In this document: positions 30,022 to 40,464 of the stretch, piece by piece
How positions within the stretch are numbered: the stretch's first letter is position 1
Layout of the letters: every line of letters begins with the position of its first letter
NCBI GenBank assembly: GCA_963842085.1
Contig: CAWJET010000002.1
Location: 352,001-416,000, forward strand
Source: an uncultured delta proteobacterium
Lineage (GTDB): Bacteria; Desulfobacterota; Binatia; Binatales; Binataceae
Reading direction: 5' to 3'
Length of the DNA: 64,000 bases
Notes under the pieces: generated by a model
Databases searched by the model: none
Seen by the model: the letters and a program-made list of their open reading frames with translations, nothing else
What the model was told of the DNA's origin: nothing
Translations under genes and position numbers: made by a program

Positions 30022-31839
30022 ATGAAGAACCCGTTTATTGAACGACTGTGGATAAGCCGCGAGGTTCGACTCGCAATCATTGTCGCGATTTTGTGCGCCA
30101 TCGGCGCGGTTGCCTGCGCCGCCGGCGACTGGAAGGCGGGAATAACCGCTCTTGGAGTCGCGGCGGCGATGGTGGCGGCATTCTATTTCGCTGTGGTCAG
30201 GCCCGCGCGAATCCCGCGAGACGCCGTCCTGATGGTTCGACTGGCGGGTCCGATCGAAGAAGACGTGACACGCTCGCCACTCGATCAGCTCATGCGCCGC
30301 GGCGCGCTGAGCCTCGACCATCTGCGCTATGCGCTCGAGTCGGCAGCAATTGACGACGACGTTCGCGCGATCGTGGTGGAGGTCGCGGGATTAGGCGCCG
30401 GCCTGGCGACCGCGCACGAAGTCCATCGCCTGATGCGCGCTGCGCAGGCGGGCGGCAAGCGCGTGATCGCGCTGCTGCGCGGCGACAGCGCGGGGTTGCG
30501 CGAATACCTGGTCGCGGCAGGCGCGGGCGAGATCGTCGCCAATCCGGACACGATGCTGACGATGCTCGGCGTCGCGACCGGCGGCGTTTTTCTGAAGAAC
30601 GCGCTCGACAAGCTGAAGATCCAGGCGCAAACCCTGCAGTGGAAAGAGTACAAGGGCGCCGCCGAGACGCTCGGCCGCGACACGATGTCGCCGGCGGTGC
30701 GCGAGAGCATGGAGGCGATCGTCGCGGACTGGGAGAAAATCCTCGTCGAAGCGATCGCGTCGGCGCGGAAGATGACCCCGGAACGCGCGCGCGAGCTGAT
30801 CGCGGCGGGCTTCGTCAGCGCGAAGTTCGCCGTCGAGAATCATCTGATCGATCGCGAAGGCTACATCGAGGACATCCGCGCTGAACTCGATCCCAATGCG
30901 AAGCGCAAAGCGTTCGTCAGCCTCGCGCGATACCGGCGTCACGCAATCTTCACCCGCGAGCGCGGGCGGCGCGCGCGGATCGCACTCGTGCACGCCAGCG
31001 GACCGGTAGTCTCCGGCGAGGCGCCGCCGACCGGCGAATTTATCAGCGGCGTCGCGACGGCCGCGCAAATCGATCGCGCGTCGCGCGACGAGCGCGTCAG
31101 CGCAATCGTATTTCGCGTGAATTCACCCGGCGGCTCCGCGGTCGGCTCCGACCTGGTGTGGCGCGCCGTGCGCGAGGCGCAGGGACGTGGCAAGCCGGTC
31201 GTTGTCTCGATGGGCGACGTGGCGGGCTCGGGCGGCTATTACGTCGCGGCGGGCGCCGACGCTATCGTCGCGGAGCCGGCGACGATTACCGGTTCCATCG
31301 GCGTCGTGTACGCCAAGTTCAATCTCGGCAATCTGCTCGGCGAGCTCGGCGTCCATTTCGATTTCGTGAAAAGCGCGCCCATCAGCGATGCGATGTCTTT
31401 TGCGCGCGCGATGACCGACGACGAGCTCGCACAGCTCAACGAAACAGTCGGGCATCTGTACTCGGCGTTCACCGCGAAGGTTGCGCAAGGCCGGCGGCTA
31501 AGTCCCGAGCAGGCTGAAGCCGTCGCCAAGGGGCGCATCTGGAGCGGTCTCGCGGCGAAGGAGCGTGGACTCATCGACGAAGTCGGCGGACTGTCAACCG
31601 CGGTGGCAATCGCGCGGGACCGAGCGCGCATCGCCGAGCATCGGCGCCATCAGCTCGTGACCTACCGCGCCGAGCGCCGATGGCTGGATCTTCGCGGCGG
31701 CAGCGCGGAAGTCTCAACGCCGTGGGCGATTCGCGCAGCAGCGGGCGTGCTCGGCATTCCCAGCCGTTGGGCGCCCGCGATGCTCGAGATGCACGTGCGC
31801 GGCGGCGTGATGCTGCTCTGTCCGTTCATCGAGCTGTAG
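30022..31839 (+). CDS. sppA: Signal peptide peptidase SppA (two S49 domains)
   Basis: YKGAAE, RVNSPGGSA, VVSMGDVAGSGGYY, TITGSIGV, GRIWSG. Confidence 0.93.
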   Translation: MKNPFIERLWISREVRLAIIVAILCAIGAVACAAGDWKAGITALGVAAAMVAAFYFAVVRPARIPRDAVLMVRLAGPIEEDVTRSPLDQLMRRGALSLDHLRYALESAAIDDDVRAIVVEVAGLGAGLATAHEVHRLMRAAQAGGKRVIALLRGDSAGLREYLVAAGAGEIVANPDTMLTMLGVATGGVFLKNALDKLKIQAQTLQWKEYKGAAETLGRDTMSPAVRESMEAIVADWEKILVEAIASARKMTPERARELIAAGFVSAKFAVENHLIDREGYIEDIRAELDPNAKRKAFVSLARYRRHAIFTRERGRRARIALVHASGPVVSGEAPPTGEFISGVATAAQIDRASRDERVSAIVFRVNSPGGSAVGSDLVWRAVREAQGRGKPVVVSMGDVAGSGGYYVAAGADAIVAEPATITGSIGVVYAKFNLGNLLGELGVHFDFVKSAPISDAMSFARAMTDDELAQLNETVGHLYSAFTAKVAQGRRLSPEQAEAVAKGRIWSGLAAKERGLIDEVGGLSTAVAIARDRARIAEHRRHQLVTYRAERRWLDLRGGSAEVSTPWAIRAAAGVLGIPSRWAPAMLEMHVRGGVMLLCPFIEL

Positions 31840-31847
31840 CGACGACC

Positions 31848-32771
31848 CTAGAGCGGCGAGCGCTCCAGTTCCTCGCGGATCGAGTACATCTTCTGGCGCG
31901 CTTCGGTGATGTAGGCGTCGAGGTTGCGGCGATGGTTCGCGAAAAGTCCGTCGGGCGAACCGTTCATGACAATTAACGGCTTCATGACGGCGGCCTTGCC
32001 GAGCGCGTCGATCGATTCCTCGAACAGCGTCTTCAGCACGGGGTCGTCCTTGATTTGCCCCGCGTATTCGCGCTCGAGCGCCTGCATCATGTGGTACATC
32101 ACGTGCGCGTAACCTTGCGAGTGATAGAAATAGTGGTTGCAGTCCCAGCTATGAACCGGGCTGCCGTCGTCCTTGGTGGACCGGTACAGATTCGCATGCG
32201 CGTCGCCGAGCAGGTCGGTCCACGTCTGGATCAAGCGGACCAGCTCGACGGCGCGAGTGTTAAGCTCGCGCGACGACGGCGGCGTGGTGTGCAACCCCGC
32301 AATGTACATCCGCAGATGTTTGACGCCGTCGTCGTACTTGCTTTCCGCTGACGGCAGGATCCATCGCTCGGCGTCGTTGCGGAAATCGGTGTCGGCGATT
32401 ACCAGGTTCGGATCGTACTGGTTCGAGGAAACCTTGGTCAGATGATCCTTAAGAACGCGCGTGGTTTCGCGGACGGCCATGATGATGCCGAGCTGGCGAT
32501 CGGAGTTGTTGTCCGGCCCGACTTTCGGCCCCCACAGGAAGAAGTCGTTGGGACGCCAGCCGAAGCCCGTGTGCAGCTCATGGTCCATGATTGCAGCCAG
32601 TGTCGAGGCGTAGATCTCGCCGGGCGGGAACGGCTTGTCGGGCGGAAAGATTGCGCTGATGTCGTAGTCGAGATGATTGTGGTGAATCTGGCCGAAATGA
32701 AGCGCCAGGTTGCCGCCGATCCAGATTACAAGAAGGGCCGCAGCCCCATAGAGAAGTCGGTTCCGGTTCAT
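31848..32771 (-). CDS. DUF2333-like membrane-anchored protein
   Basis: N-terminal TM helix; GWRPND, DN..QLGI, W.LPSAE, FANHR motifs as recalled for this family. Confidence 0.7.
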   Translation of the reverse strand: MNRNRLLYGAAALLVIWIGGNLALHFGQIHHNHLDYDISAIFPPDKPFPPGEIYASTLAAIMDHELHTGFGWRPNDFFLWGPKVGPDNNSDRQLGIIMAVRETTRVLKDHLTKVSSNQYDPNLVIADTDFRNDAERWILPSAESKYDDGVKHLRMYIAGLHTTPPSSRELNTRAVELVRLIQTWTDLLGDAHANLYRSTKDDGSPVHSWDCNHYFYHSQGYAHVMYHMMQALEREYAGQIKDDPVLKTLFEESIDALGKAAVMKPLIVMNGSPDGLFANHRRNLDAYITEARQKMYSIREELERSPL

Positions 32772-32830
32772 CCCGAAGGAGCAGGCATCGAGCAGCGATT
32801 CTGCCGGACGAGACTATAACACGATTGCTG

Positions 32831-33622
32831 CTATGCCGCGCGCAGTGGAACTGCTGCGGCGGTGGCGCGCTTGAGTTCGTCGCGGCTGGTGCCCAACTGC
32901 TTGAGCAACGGAAACAGCGCCCGCGTCAGGAACACGCGTGGACTGATGCCGCCGCCGCCGGTCCGAAGTTTCTCGCGATAGTTCGGAATCAGCCCGTCGC
33001 CCGGCATCTTGAAATGGGCGATCACGTGCGCGAGGTCCGCCAGCGTGCCGACGCGATCTTCCGCCATCTCGATCTCGACCATCGCGCGGTAAAAGCCGGC
33101 GTGGGCGGCCTCGTCGCGGCTGACCAGGAAGAAGATTGCCTCGAGGGTCGGGTCACTCTCGAGTTCGGCGCGATCCTTTTGCGCGCGATACGCTAGATAG
33201 GTCGCTGATTCCTGCAGCGCGCCATAGCAGCTCATCCGGCGGCGCGTCGCGAACGGAACTCTCCACGAACGCGAAAACACATCTGTCTCGAACCTGTCGA
33301 ATTGCGCCGGCGTGCGCAGCCCGGAGCGAAGCAGGTACTCGCGAAAGACCAGTCCGTGACGCGATTCCTCGTAGCTCCACGCGTTCTGAAACCATGCGAG
33401 GCCGAACACGCCGCGCAACAACTCATTACCGGCTGCGGTGTAATCCGGCAGGTACATTTCTTCGGCGCAATACGTCTCGATGCGAATCGCGCGTTCCTCG
33501 GTATTGGCGCGCGGCGACAGCTTGTCCCACGGGACATCTTCGAAGATATTCCAGCGGCGCTTGCGCTCCGCAGTCTCGAAATAATCCATGTACGCGCGGT
33601 GAAACTTCTCTTTTGCAGTCAT
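32831..33622 (-). CDS. Acyl-ACP desaturase-like ferritin-fold diiron protein
   Basis: LPDY, WSYEESRH, LQESAT, DEAAH, FKMPG. Confidence 0.85.
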   Translation of the reverse strand: MTAKEKFHRAYMDYFETAERKRRWNIFEDVPWDKLSPRANTEERAIRIETYCAEEMYLPDYTAAGNELLRGVFGLAWFQNAWSYEESRHGLVFREYLLRSGLRTPAQFDRFETDVFSRSWRVPFATRRRMSCYGALQESATYLAYRAQKDRAELESDPTLEAIFFLVSRDEAAHAGFYRAMVEIEMAEDRVGTLADLAHVIAHFKMPGDGLIPNYREKLRTGGGGISPRVFLTRALFPLLKQLGTSRDELKRATAAAVPLRAA

Positions 33623-33736
33623 CAGACAGAAACTGACGAAGGAAGCAGGCGGGGCTATGCTTACAAGAGTATCACGGGGCAGCGTGGTCTCCTAATCGAA
33701 AATGTCTTCTGGAGAACAATCTGCGATAACAGCTGC

Positions 33737-34993
33737 TCAGAAAATACTTAATAAACGTTTAGTTAGCGAACTACTCTTGCCGACATCCGAAGCTGCGAGG
33801 ATCGGGATCGTAGTGACCTGTTTACCGCCCGCGGTCACGTTGGCCGTTCCAATCTGCTGGCCAGCCTTGAGCGGCGCCGCGATCGACGGCGGCAGGTTAT
33901 AATCGATTTTGATCGCGTTGTGTGCGTCGTCCCGCTTGACGAACACGCCTGCGTCGGCGCCCCAAACCGGCTTGATACTGCCAATGTCCGCGTCGGTCAC
34001 GGCGACGGATTGCCCGATCGGAGCGCCTTTCTTTGCGACCGAATGCATTTCGTAGTTGAGAAATCCCTGCGAGAGCATCTCGGACGCTTCCTTGAAGTTC
34101 GTCAACTTGTGCTGGCTGCCGAGCACCACCGCGACCAGCCGCAGCTCGCCGCGTTTAGCCGTCGCGACCACGTTGAATCCCGATTTGTCGTAGAAGCCCG
34201 TCTTGAGGCCGTCGCATCCTGAATATGTCCGCACCATGTGATTGGTGTTGCGCAAAATGAATGTGCCGCCGCGAAACGGCGCCGTGTCGATCGACGACCA
34301 TCGGTGCACGTCGGGATATTTCACCAGCGCGCGCGCGAGAATCGCCTGATCGTACGCGCTGGCGACGTCGGGCGATTGTCCCTTCGCGGGCGGCAGACCG
34401 TGAACCGAATAGTAGTGGGTGTCCTTCATCCCCAGCGCGGCGGCTTTCCGGTTCATCATCACCACGAATGCTTCGGTCGATCCCGCGATATACTCCGCGA
34501 CCGCCACCGACGCGTCGTTGGCCGAATGCACGACCACGGCCTTCATCATGTCGTCGAGCGAAAACGTTTCGCCCTCCTTGAGATAGACTTGCGATCCGCC
34601 CATCTCGGCGGCGTTGCGCGAGGTCGTTATCTGGTCGGTGAGCATGAGCGAGCGGTCGTGAATTTTCTCGGCGACGATCAACATCAGCATCATCTTGGCC
34701 AGCGACGCGGTCGGCCACGGCGTGTGGTCGTTGGCCTCGAAGATGACGGTGCCGGTCGTCGGTTCGAGCACGCACGCCTCGGTGTATGGACCCAGCGCGG
34801 CACTCGACGCGCTGGCGGTGCTTTCCTCCTGGGCAGCGGGCGCGGCATTCGCCGTCGCATGATGACGACGCGCGGCTAGAGCAGTATGCGACGGCACTAT
34901 CGCGGCGAGCGCGACGGTCAAAGCGATAAATGCAAATTTTCGGATAACCGGAAGTTCGGCGATGGATTCGCCGCCCGCTGACAGAACTTTCAT
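33737..34993 (-). CDS. D-alanyl-D-alanine carboxypeptidase (S11)
   Basis: SLAK, SAN and KTG motifs, PBP5-like C-terminal domain; GGAGG RBS before ATG 34993. Confidence 0.92.
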   Translation of the reverse strand: MKVLSAGGESIAELPVIRKFAFIALTVALAAIVPSHTALAARRHHATANAAPAAQEESTASASSAALGPYTEACVLEPTTGTVIFEANDHTPWPTASLAKMMLMLIVAEKIHDRSLMLTDQITTSRNAAEMGGSQVYLKEGETFSLDDMMKAVVVHSANDASVAVAEYIAGSTEAFVVMMNRKAAALGMKDTHYYSVHGLPPAKGQSPDVASAYDQAILARALVKYPDVHRWSSIDTAPFRGGTFILRNTNHMVRTYSGCDGLKTGFYDKSGFNVVATAKRGELRLVAVVLGSQHKLTNFKEASEMLSQGFLNYEMHSVAKKGAPIGQSVAVTDADIGSIKPVWGADAGVFVKRDDAHNAIKIDYNLPPSIAAPLKAGQQIGTANVTAGGKQVTTIPILAASDVGKSSSLTKRLLSIF

Positions 34994-35090
34994 CACGCAC
35001 CACCTCCGCAACACATCGAAACAACACAAGGATAGTAGCCAACAACTCGACCGTCGGCGAGCGCTCGCGCACTCCGCGGGTAGGGATTGT

Positions 35091-36164
35091 CTAAAAGCGG
35101 TCGGCGGTCCAGTACACTGATCGCGAATCGGCGAAGAGTTCGAACGCGTGCGCCGCGGCTGCTTCGGGGGCCATCGCGAACCGCTGCGCCAGCTTGTCGG
35201 GCGCGAGAACTCGCCACATGTAGTTGTTGTCGATGTGGTGCGCGACGGGACAGCCCGCGCCGTCCAGCGCTCTTTCGAGTGCCCGATCGTGCGCCGTATG
35301 CGTGACGAGCACCGACGGTTCGGCCGGCTTCGACGCACCGTGGAGCAGGGCGGCGCGGCGATGCTCCCCGATGCTTCTTACGGTGACCGGCACGCCGGCA
35401 GCCGATTGGCCGAGGTACTTGAACGTCGCGAGCATCGCCTCAATCCCGGCCGCGCCGGCATCGTAGCCGTACTCCATCACCATCGAGACGCCGTGGAAGC
35501 GCGTGACCCTCGCGTACGCCGCAATTCGCGCGCCGTCGCGGCACACGACGAAATATTCCTCTGAGCCTTCGCCGGGATGGAGCGGCTGATTGCCGGCAAA
35601 TTTGAGGTTCGCGCGCCACGCGCCGTCGTCGCGGATGGCGGTGACATTGAAGCGTCCGCTGTAAGCGCGATGAAGCGCGGCAATTTCAGCAAGGTCGCGC
35701 TCGGTCTCGAAGCTGTCGATCACGAAACCATCGCGCGCGTTGATTGAAGCGGCGCTCGCCAGGATGCTGAACTTGCGCTCGAGCTCGCGCCATCCGAACT
35801 GGTCGTAGAAAGTGAGCCGCTCCGCGAACAGCAGCGATACTTCGAAGCCCTCGCGCACCATCGTATCGACCGCCAGACGCATCAGCGCCGACGCGACGCC
35901 CTTGTGCCGGTACTCCTCGAGCGTGAAGACGGAGCCGATACCGCCCATCGGCACCGATTGCCCTTCGAGATTGACGGCGCGATCGAAAATCTGGACGGTC
36001 GAAACCAGTCGTCCGCCGTCGCGCGCAACCAGACAGAGCGCGTCCCGAAAGCGCGGATCGTTACGGTTGTAGCGGGCGAAAAACTCGCCCCGGTCGTTGT
36101 ACCAATGCCCCAGCAGGTCGAGGACTTCGTCCCGCTCGCCGTGGTGAGCAGATCGGACTTCCAT
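35091..36164 (-). CDS. Eis-like GNAT acetyltransferase
   Basis: GGIGSVFT.EEYRHKGVA..LM, FYDQFGW. Confidence 0.85.
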   Translation of the reverse strand: MEVRSAHHGERDEVLDLLGHWYNDRGEFFARYNRNDPRFRDALCLVARDGGRLVSTVQIFDRAVNLEGQSVPMGGIGSVFTLEEYRHKGVASALMRLAVDTMVREGFEVSLLFAERLTFYDQFGWRELERKFSILASAASINARDGFVIDSFETERDLAEIAALHRAYSGRFNVTAIRDDGAWRANLKFAGNQPLHPGEGSEEYFVVCRDGARIAAYARVTRFHGVSMVMEYGYDAGAAGIEAMLATFKYLGQSAAGVPVTVRSIGEHRRAALLHGASKPAEPSVLVTHTAHDRALERALDGAGCPVAHHIDNNYMWRVLAPDKLAQRFAMAPEAAAAHAFELFADSRSVYWTADRF

Positions 36165-36231
36165 CGTTCAGGCTTTGTAACTTACTCCAGCTGGCACTGC
36201 TATAGGAGCAAGGGGAACAATCGTCGGAGGG

Positions 36232-37224
36232 TTATCGAAGGTCCAGATGAACCGTGGTTGGCTGGCCGCCGCGATTCACCACCAGGTCGATTGCCGAGGC
36301 GGTTTTCATCGCTTGCATCAGGCCCAGCGCCTGCATCGGATTGGTTACGGGCTGTCCGTTGATATTCGTCAGCAGGTCGCCGTTTTGCAGACCGATTTGC
36401 TCGAACACCGAGCCCGGCGCGACCTCGGAGATCGAGAAGCCGTCGGTCTTGCCATTGACGAAATGGGGCAGCGCGCGCATCTGCGAGAAGAACTGCGCCG
36501 GATTCTCCATCGTCTGCTGAACTTCGGCGCGGCTGACCTCGAACTTTCCGGGGCCGAGTTTCTTCAGTTCAAGTTTGCTGCTGCTGTTGTCGTCGCTATC
36601 GTCGCTGTCGTTGCTGTTATCGTTGTCGTCGTTATCGTTCGCCGCCGCACCAGGACGACCAAACCCGCGCAGTCGGTGCCGCATCGCAGCGGGCAGACCC
36701 CTGAGCATTGGTGCCGGGACAATTCCGCCGCCCAACTGGGACGGCGGCACTTCGGGCATGTCGGAGGACGGAATCTTAAGCGCTACGCGATGACCGCCGC
36801 GGTCGATGATCGCGCGGTTGGTTTCGACGCTGACAAGCTTGCCCGCGTCCGGGATGTTCTCTCCCACCTGATAAAGCGACTCGTTGCCGGCTGGATCTTC
36901 GATTATGGCGTAAGGCTTCGATCTGCTGACCAGCGAGGTGCCGATCAGTTTCAGGTGCAGGTCCTCCTCGACCACCGGCGCAGACCCGGTGTCCTGCGGA
37001 ACTTCGTTGAAAATGTCGCGCTTGACGATTAGGTCGTAGTAAGCGCGCGTCCGTACGCCGGTTGCGAGCTTGCGCGCGGACGACGAGGTGGGAAGAGCGT
37101 CGGTTTCGCTGGAAGTGGCGCGCACAATGATGTCGCGCACGCACATGGCCGAGACGATCGCCAGTGCCGCGACCAGGACGAAGTTCAGAATCGTGACGTG
37201 GATCTGTGAAAACCTGAGTTGCAT
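36232..37224 (-). CDS. gspC: Type II secretion protein GspC with PDZ domain
   Basis: N-terminal TM, LKLIGT..AIIE..YQVGE, PDZ (GF.I..V.PGS.F..IGLQNGD..INGQ). Confidence 0.82.
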   Translation of the reverse strand: MQLRFSQIHVTILNFVLVAALAIVSAMCVRDIIVRATSSETDALPTSSSARKLATGVRTRAYYDLIVKRDIFNEVPQDTGSAPVVEEDLHLKLIGTSLVSRSKPYAIIEDPAGNESLYQVGENIPDAGKLVSVETNRAIIDRGGHRVALKIPSSDMPEVPPSQLGGGIVPAPMLRGLPAAMRHRLRGFGRPGAAANDNDDNDNSNDSDDSDDNSSSKLELKKLGPGKFEVSRAEVQQTMENPAQFFSQMRALPHFVNGKTDGFSISEVAPGSVFEQIGLQNGDLLTNINGQPVTNPMQALGLMQAMKTASAIDLVVNRGGQPTTVHLDLR

Positions 37225-38589
37225 TTACAGGATCGATTCAGCCTCGTACGCGCATCCCTTCACTAGACGGCCCACGTCGTAGTTCCATTCACCCTTCCAG
37301 CGGCTGATTACAAAACTCGCCTGGCTGTGACCGCCCCGGACCAGGTCCATCAGGCGCAGCAGGTAGATGCTCTCATCCTGACCGAGATTGTTCAACGCCC
37401 GCTCGCGCTCGAGTCCCCGGGCCGCTATTTGCATCAGCTCGTAGCCCAATTCCTGCAGTTTAATTTTTCCGGCGCGGGCGTCAAGGCCGTTCTTGTGCGC
37501 GGCGTCCGCGATTGCGAGCCGCTCGCGATAGCTCCATCCCTTGACCAGGTCCCACGCCGCCGCGATGCAATCGTCGTTGTAAAGCGTGCCCTTGAGCAGT
37601 GCCGGCAGCGCGAGCATGAACTGCGGCGGCTGGCTGTCGGCGGTGCGCACCTCGACGTAGCGCTTGAGGCGGACCTCGGTGAAAATCGTGGTCAGGTGAT
37701 TGGTCCAGTCCTGGACGGTGGCGCGTTCGCGGCCGTAACCGCTTGCGAGATACTGGCGGAATGTAAGGCCCGGCGGCCGGGTGAGATCGATATAGTCGTG
37801 GTTGCGAATCAGGAAGTACATCGGTACGTCGAGCGCGTACTCGGCGTAGTCCTCGAACGAACAATCGTCGCGGAACACGAACTCCGGAACGCCGCTGCGT
37901 TCGTTGTCGGTGTCGGTCCAGATATGCCCGCGGAAGCTCTGGTAGCCGTTGAGCCCGCCGTCGCTCAGCGGGGAGTTGGCGAAAATCGCGTACAGGATCG
38001 GCACGATACCCATGCTCACGCGCAGCTTGCGCATCGCGTCCGCCTCGTCGCTGTAGTCGAGGTTGGCCTGCACGCCCGCGGTCTGCTTCATCATGCGCTG
38101 GCCGAGTTTTCCCTTGCGCGCCATGTACGGGTACATGATGTGGTAGCGGGCCTTGGGCAAGAGTTCGATCTGGTCGATGCGGCTGACGGGTTGCATCCCG
38201 AGTCCTAACACCGTTGCGCCGATCTTGCTGGTGATTTCGATCAACTGTCGTACGTGGGTCGCAAACTCGGCGTGCGCGCAGTGGATAGTCTCGCATTGCT
38301 CGCCGGACAGCTCGATCTGACCGCCCGGCTCGAGCGTGATTGCGGCGCGCTCGCCCTTGAGCGCCAGGATGTGTCCGTGTTCTTCCTCGGGCTCGAAGCC
38401 GTAGTCCGCCGCCATCCGTCGCAGCAGGTCTTCGACGCCGCCGGCGCCTGAATAGGGAATAGCGGTACCGTCAGCAGAGCGGACGACGACCTTTTCGTAC
38501 TCGGTGCCGATTCGCCAATCCGCGCGGGGCTTACCGCCTTCCTGGAAGTAGCGGACCAGGTCGTCTTTCTTTTCGAGCAACTCACTCAT
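37225..38589 (-). CDS. gshA: Glutamate--cysteine ligase (GCS2 family)
   Basis: RIGTEYEK, ITLEPGGQIELSG, MM..TAGVQANLD, FANSP, HLTTIFTEVRLK, EVRTAD. Confidence 0.92.
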   Translation of the reverse strand: MSELLEKKDDLVRYFQEGGKPRADWRIGTEYEKVVVRSADGTAIPYSGAGGVEDLLRRMAADYGFEPEEEHGHILALKGERAAITLEPGGQIELSGEQCETIHCAHAEFATHVRQLIEITSKIGATVLGLGMQPVSRIDQIELLPKARYHIMYPYMARKGKLGQRMMKQTAGVQANLDYSDEADAMRKLRVSMGIVPILYAIFANSPLSDGGLNGYQSFRGHIWTDTDNERSGVPEFVFRDDCSFEDYAEYALDVPMYFLIRNHDYIDLTRPPGLTFRQYLASGYGRERATVQDWTNHLTTIFTEVRLKRYVEVRTADSQPPQFMLALPALLKGTLYNDDCIAAAWDLVKGWSYRERLAIADAAHKNGLDARAGKIKLQELGYELMQIAARGLERERALNNLGQDESIYLLRLMDLVRGGHSQASFVISRWKGEWNYDVGRLVKGCAYEAESIL

Positions 38590-38618
38590 GAATCAAATCC
38601 AATCGCGACTCTTTTTAT

Positions 38619-38654
38619 CCCTCTCCCTGCAAGGGAGAGGACTAAGGTGAGGGT
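38619..38654. repeat. REP-like palindrome
   Basis: CCCTCTCCCT-gc-AAGGGAGAGG..GGTGAGGGT, a common extragenic palindrome type. Confidence 0.55.
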
Positions 38655-38971
38655 CCTTGTTCAGCGCGCGATTCTTTTCGCGCGCGATTCAAGATTCCGC
38701 CTCCGGAAGCAGTTAGGCAGCTCTTCTCAAAAAAGGCTCCGTCAAGCGCGCCTATAATGGCCCCGCCAAACATGCGAGGCAAGCCGCGAGCGGAGTCTCT
38801 GCTGCGACGCGCTTTTTCACCTCCCTGTGTCAGAGTGGCGGTCGATGCGCGCCGAAGGAGGCGCGGAGGGAGAGGTGCAACGCTCGCCCTAATACGACCT
38901 TGAAATCATTTGGCCGCAAACTCATGCAACGGGGTTCTCACCTCTCACGACGCGAGTACGCGCGGTTGTCC

Positions 38972-39014
38972 GTCATCCTGACGAAGCGAGCAACGCGAGC
39001 GGCAGGAAGGATCT
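38972..39014. repeat. REP-like element of the GTCATCCTGA..GAAGGATCT type
   Basis: GTCATCCTGACGAAGCGAGC..GGAAGGATCT; related reverse-complement segments near 41581-41606 and 41958-41983. Confidence 0.5.
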
Positions 39015-39420
39015 CGGACAGCTTCGCGCCAGCGAAGCCGGTTCCGGTTCTTTATCGGCCGTAGGCCCTCCTCGCTGCCACCAAAGTCCAAATGACATTC
39101 ATGTCGTCGGACGGGTGAGGGCGACCGCATTCAGCGTGATGCGGGCGCCATCCCTCTTGCCCGTTCCCTCTTGTTCCGTATTCGAGGCTGCCGTTCGAGC
39201 GCGTATCGGAGGGCTCACAGCGAGTTTCAGGCCTATAACCCGTTCCATGGGTGGTAGTCGATCCTTTGGTCGGACACGACGGGCATGCAGCACCTATTCG
39301 AGCCGAGGGAGATAACGACAGCGGCAGGATCTCTTGAGCAACAAGGAGAAGGCGACGCAAACGGTGATCGCAGCCTTCGTGTTTTGTTCTCCTGAACTAA
39401 AGTAGGGGATTATCCGGGTC

Positions 39421-39449
39421 TTGACTAACACGCGCACACGCGCTAATGT
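39421..39449 (+). promoter_or_regulatory. Transposase promoter (leaderless), -35 inside the left TIR
   Basis: TTGACT-17-TAATGT, ATG 7 nt downstream. Confidence 0.65.
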
Positions 39450-39456
39450 CTGATGC

Positions 39457-40386
39457 ATGACGAAAACAGACAAGCACCAGCCGCGTTTTGTGCGACAGAT
39501 GACCCTCAGCGAGTTCGACGCGCTGTTCCCTAATGAGAACGCATGTCGCACTTATCTGCTCTTGCGGCGCTGGCCCGCTGGCCCGAAGTGTCCGCGCTGT
39601 CAGAATGATCACGTCTACGAAAGCACTGCGCGTCCGTGGCACTGGCAGTGCATGAAGTGTGGACCTAAGCCGCGCTCGCCCTATCGCTTCGCACTCACGA
39701 CCGGAACGATCTTCGAGGAATCGAAGAAGCCGCTGATCATGTGGTTCAAGGTTCTGCATCTGATGGTTACGTCGAAGAAGGGAATCAGCGCACTCCAGAT
39801 TCATCGCATGCTTGGAACCGGCTCGTATCAGACCGCGTGGTATATGTGCATGCGTCTGCGCGCCGGAATGAAAGACCCGGAGTTCCGGCAACTGATGGGG
39901 ATCGTTGAAGTCGACGAAACGTTCATAGGCGGACTCAATAAAAATCGCCATCGAAAAGATCGGATCAAGGGTGCTGGCGGTCCGGGGTCCGGTAAGATCA
40001 CTGTAGTCGGCGCAATCGCTCGCAAGGGCAACCTCGTCTGCAAGATGGTTGAGCGCACGGACACGGAATCCCTCACTGGATTCGTCCGCGAAGTTACCAA
40101 GGCGCACGCCACGCTGGTCATCACGGACGAATGGCGCGGCTACGACGCGATCAGTATTTACAATCGCGAGCATCAGTTCGTCCGGCATACCGCTGGCGAG
40201 TACGTGCGCGGCAACATCCATACGCAGAGCATTGAGTCGTTCTGGTCGCTGCTCAAGCGCGGCGTGATCGGAACGTACCATCACGTCAGCAAGAAATATC
40301 TGCCACTCTACCTGAATGAGTTTCAGTTCCGATTTAACAACCGAAACGAAGCCGATATTTTCGGCAAGGCGATAGCAGGATGCTGA
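39457..40386 (+). CDS. IS1595-family DDE transposase
   Basis: Zn ribbon CPRC..CMKC, TGTIFE, KGISALQ, VEVDETFIGG, TDEWRGY, HTQSIESFWSLLKR. Confidence 0.95.
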   Translation: MTKTDKHQPRFVRQMTLSEFDALFPNENACRTYLLLRRWPAGPKCPRCQNDHVYESTARPWHWQCMKCGPKPRSPYRFALTTGTIFEESKKPLIMWFKVLHLMVTSKKGISALQIHRMLGTGSYQTAWYMCMRLRAGMKDPEFRQLMGIVEVDETFIGGLNKNRHRKDRIKGAGGPGSGKITVVGAIARKGNLVCKMVERTDTESLTGFVREVTKAHATLVITDEWRGYDAISIYNREHQFVRHTAGEYVRGNIHTQSIESFWSLLKRGVIGTYHHVSKKYLPLYLNEFQFRFNNRNEADIFGKAIAGC

Positions 40387-40464
40387 GACACGAACACTGG
40401 CGAATGTCTCAGCTATCTGAGAACGTCGCCAGCGAGCCGATTCAATTGGAGTTTGCATTTCCGG

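Noticed and set aside
38815-38880. Riboswitch-like hairpin containing CCGAAGGAG
   Set aside because: The remaining glycine-aptamer elements are missing and no suitably oriented gene follows
39052-39360. Short minus-strand ORFs left of the IS
   Set aside because: No RBS, motifs or host-like codon bias
39397-40458. 353-aa ORF antisense to the transposase
   Set aside because: Shadow frame of a clear IS1595 transposase; no recognisable motifs, and it runs across the TIR
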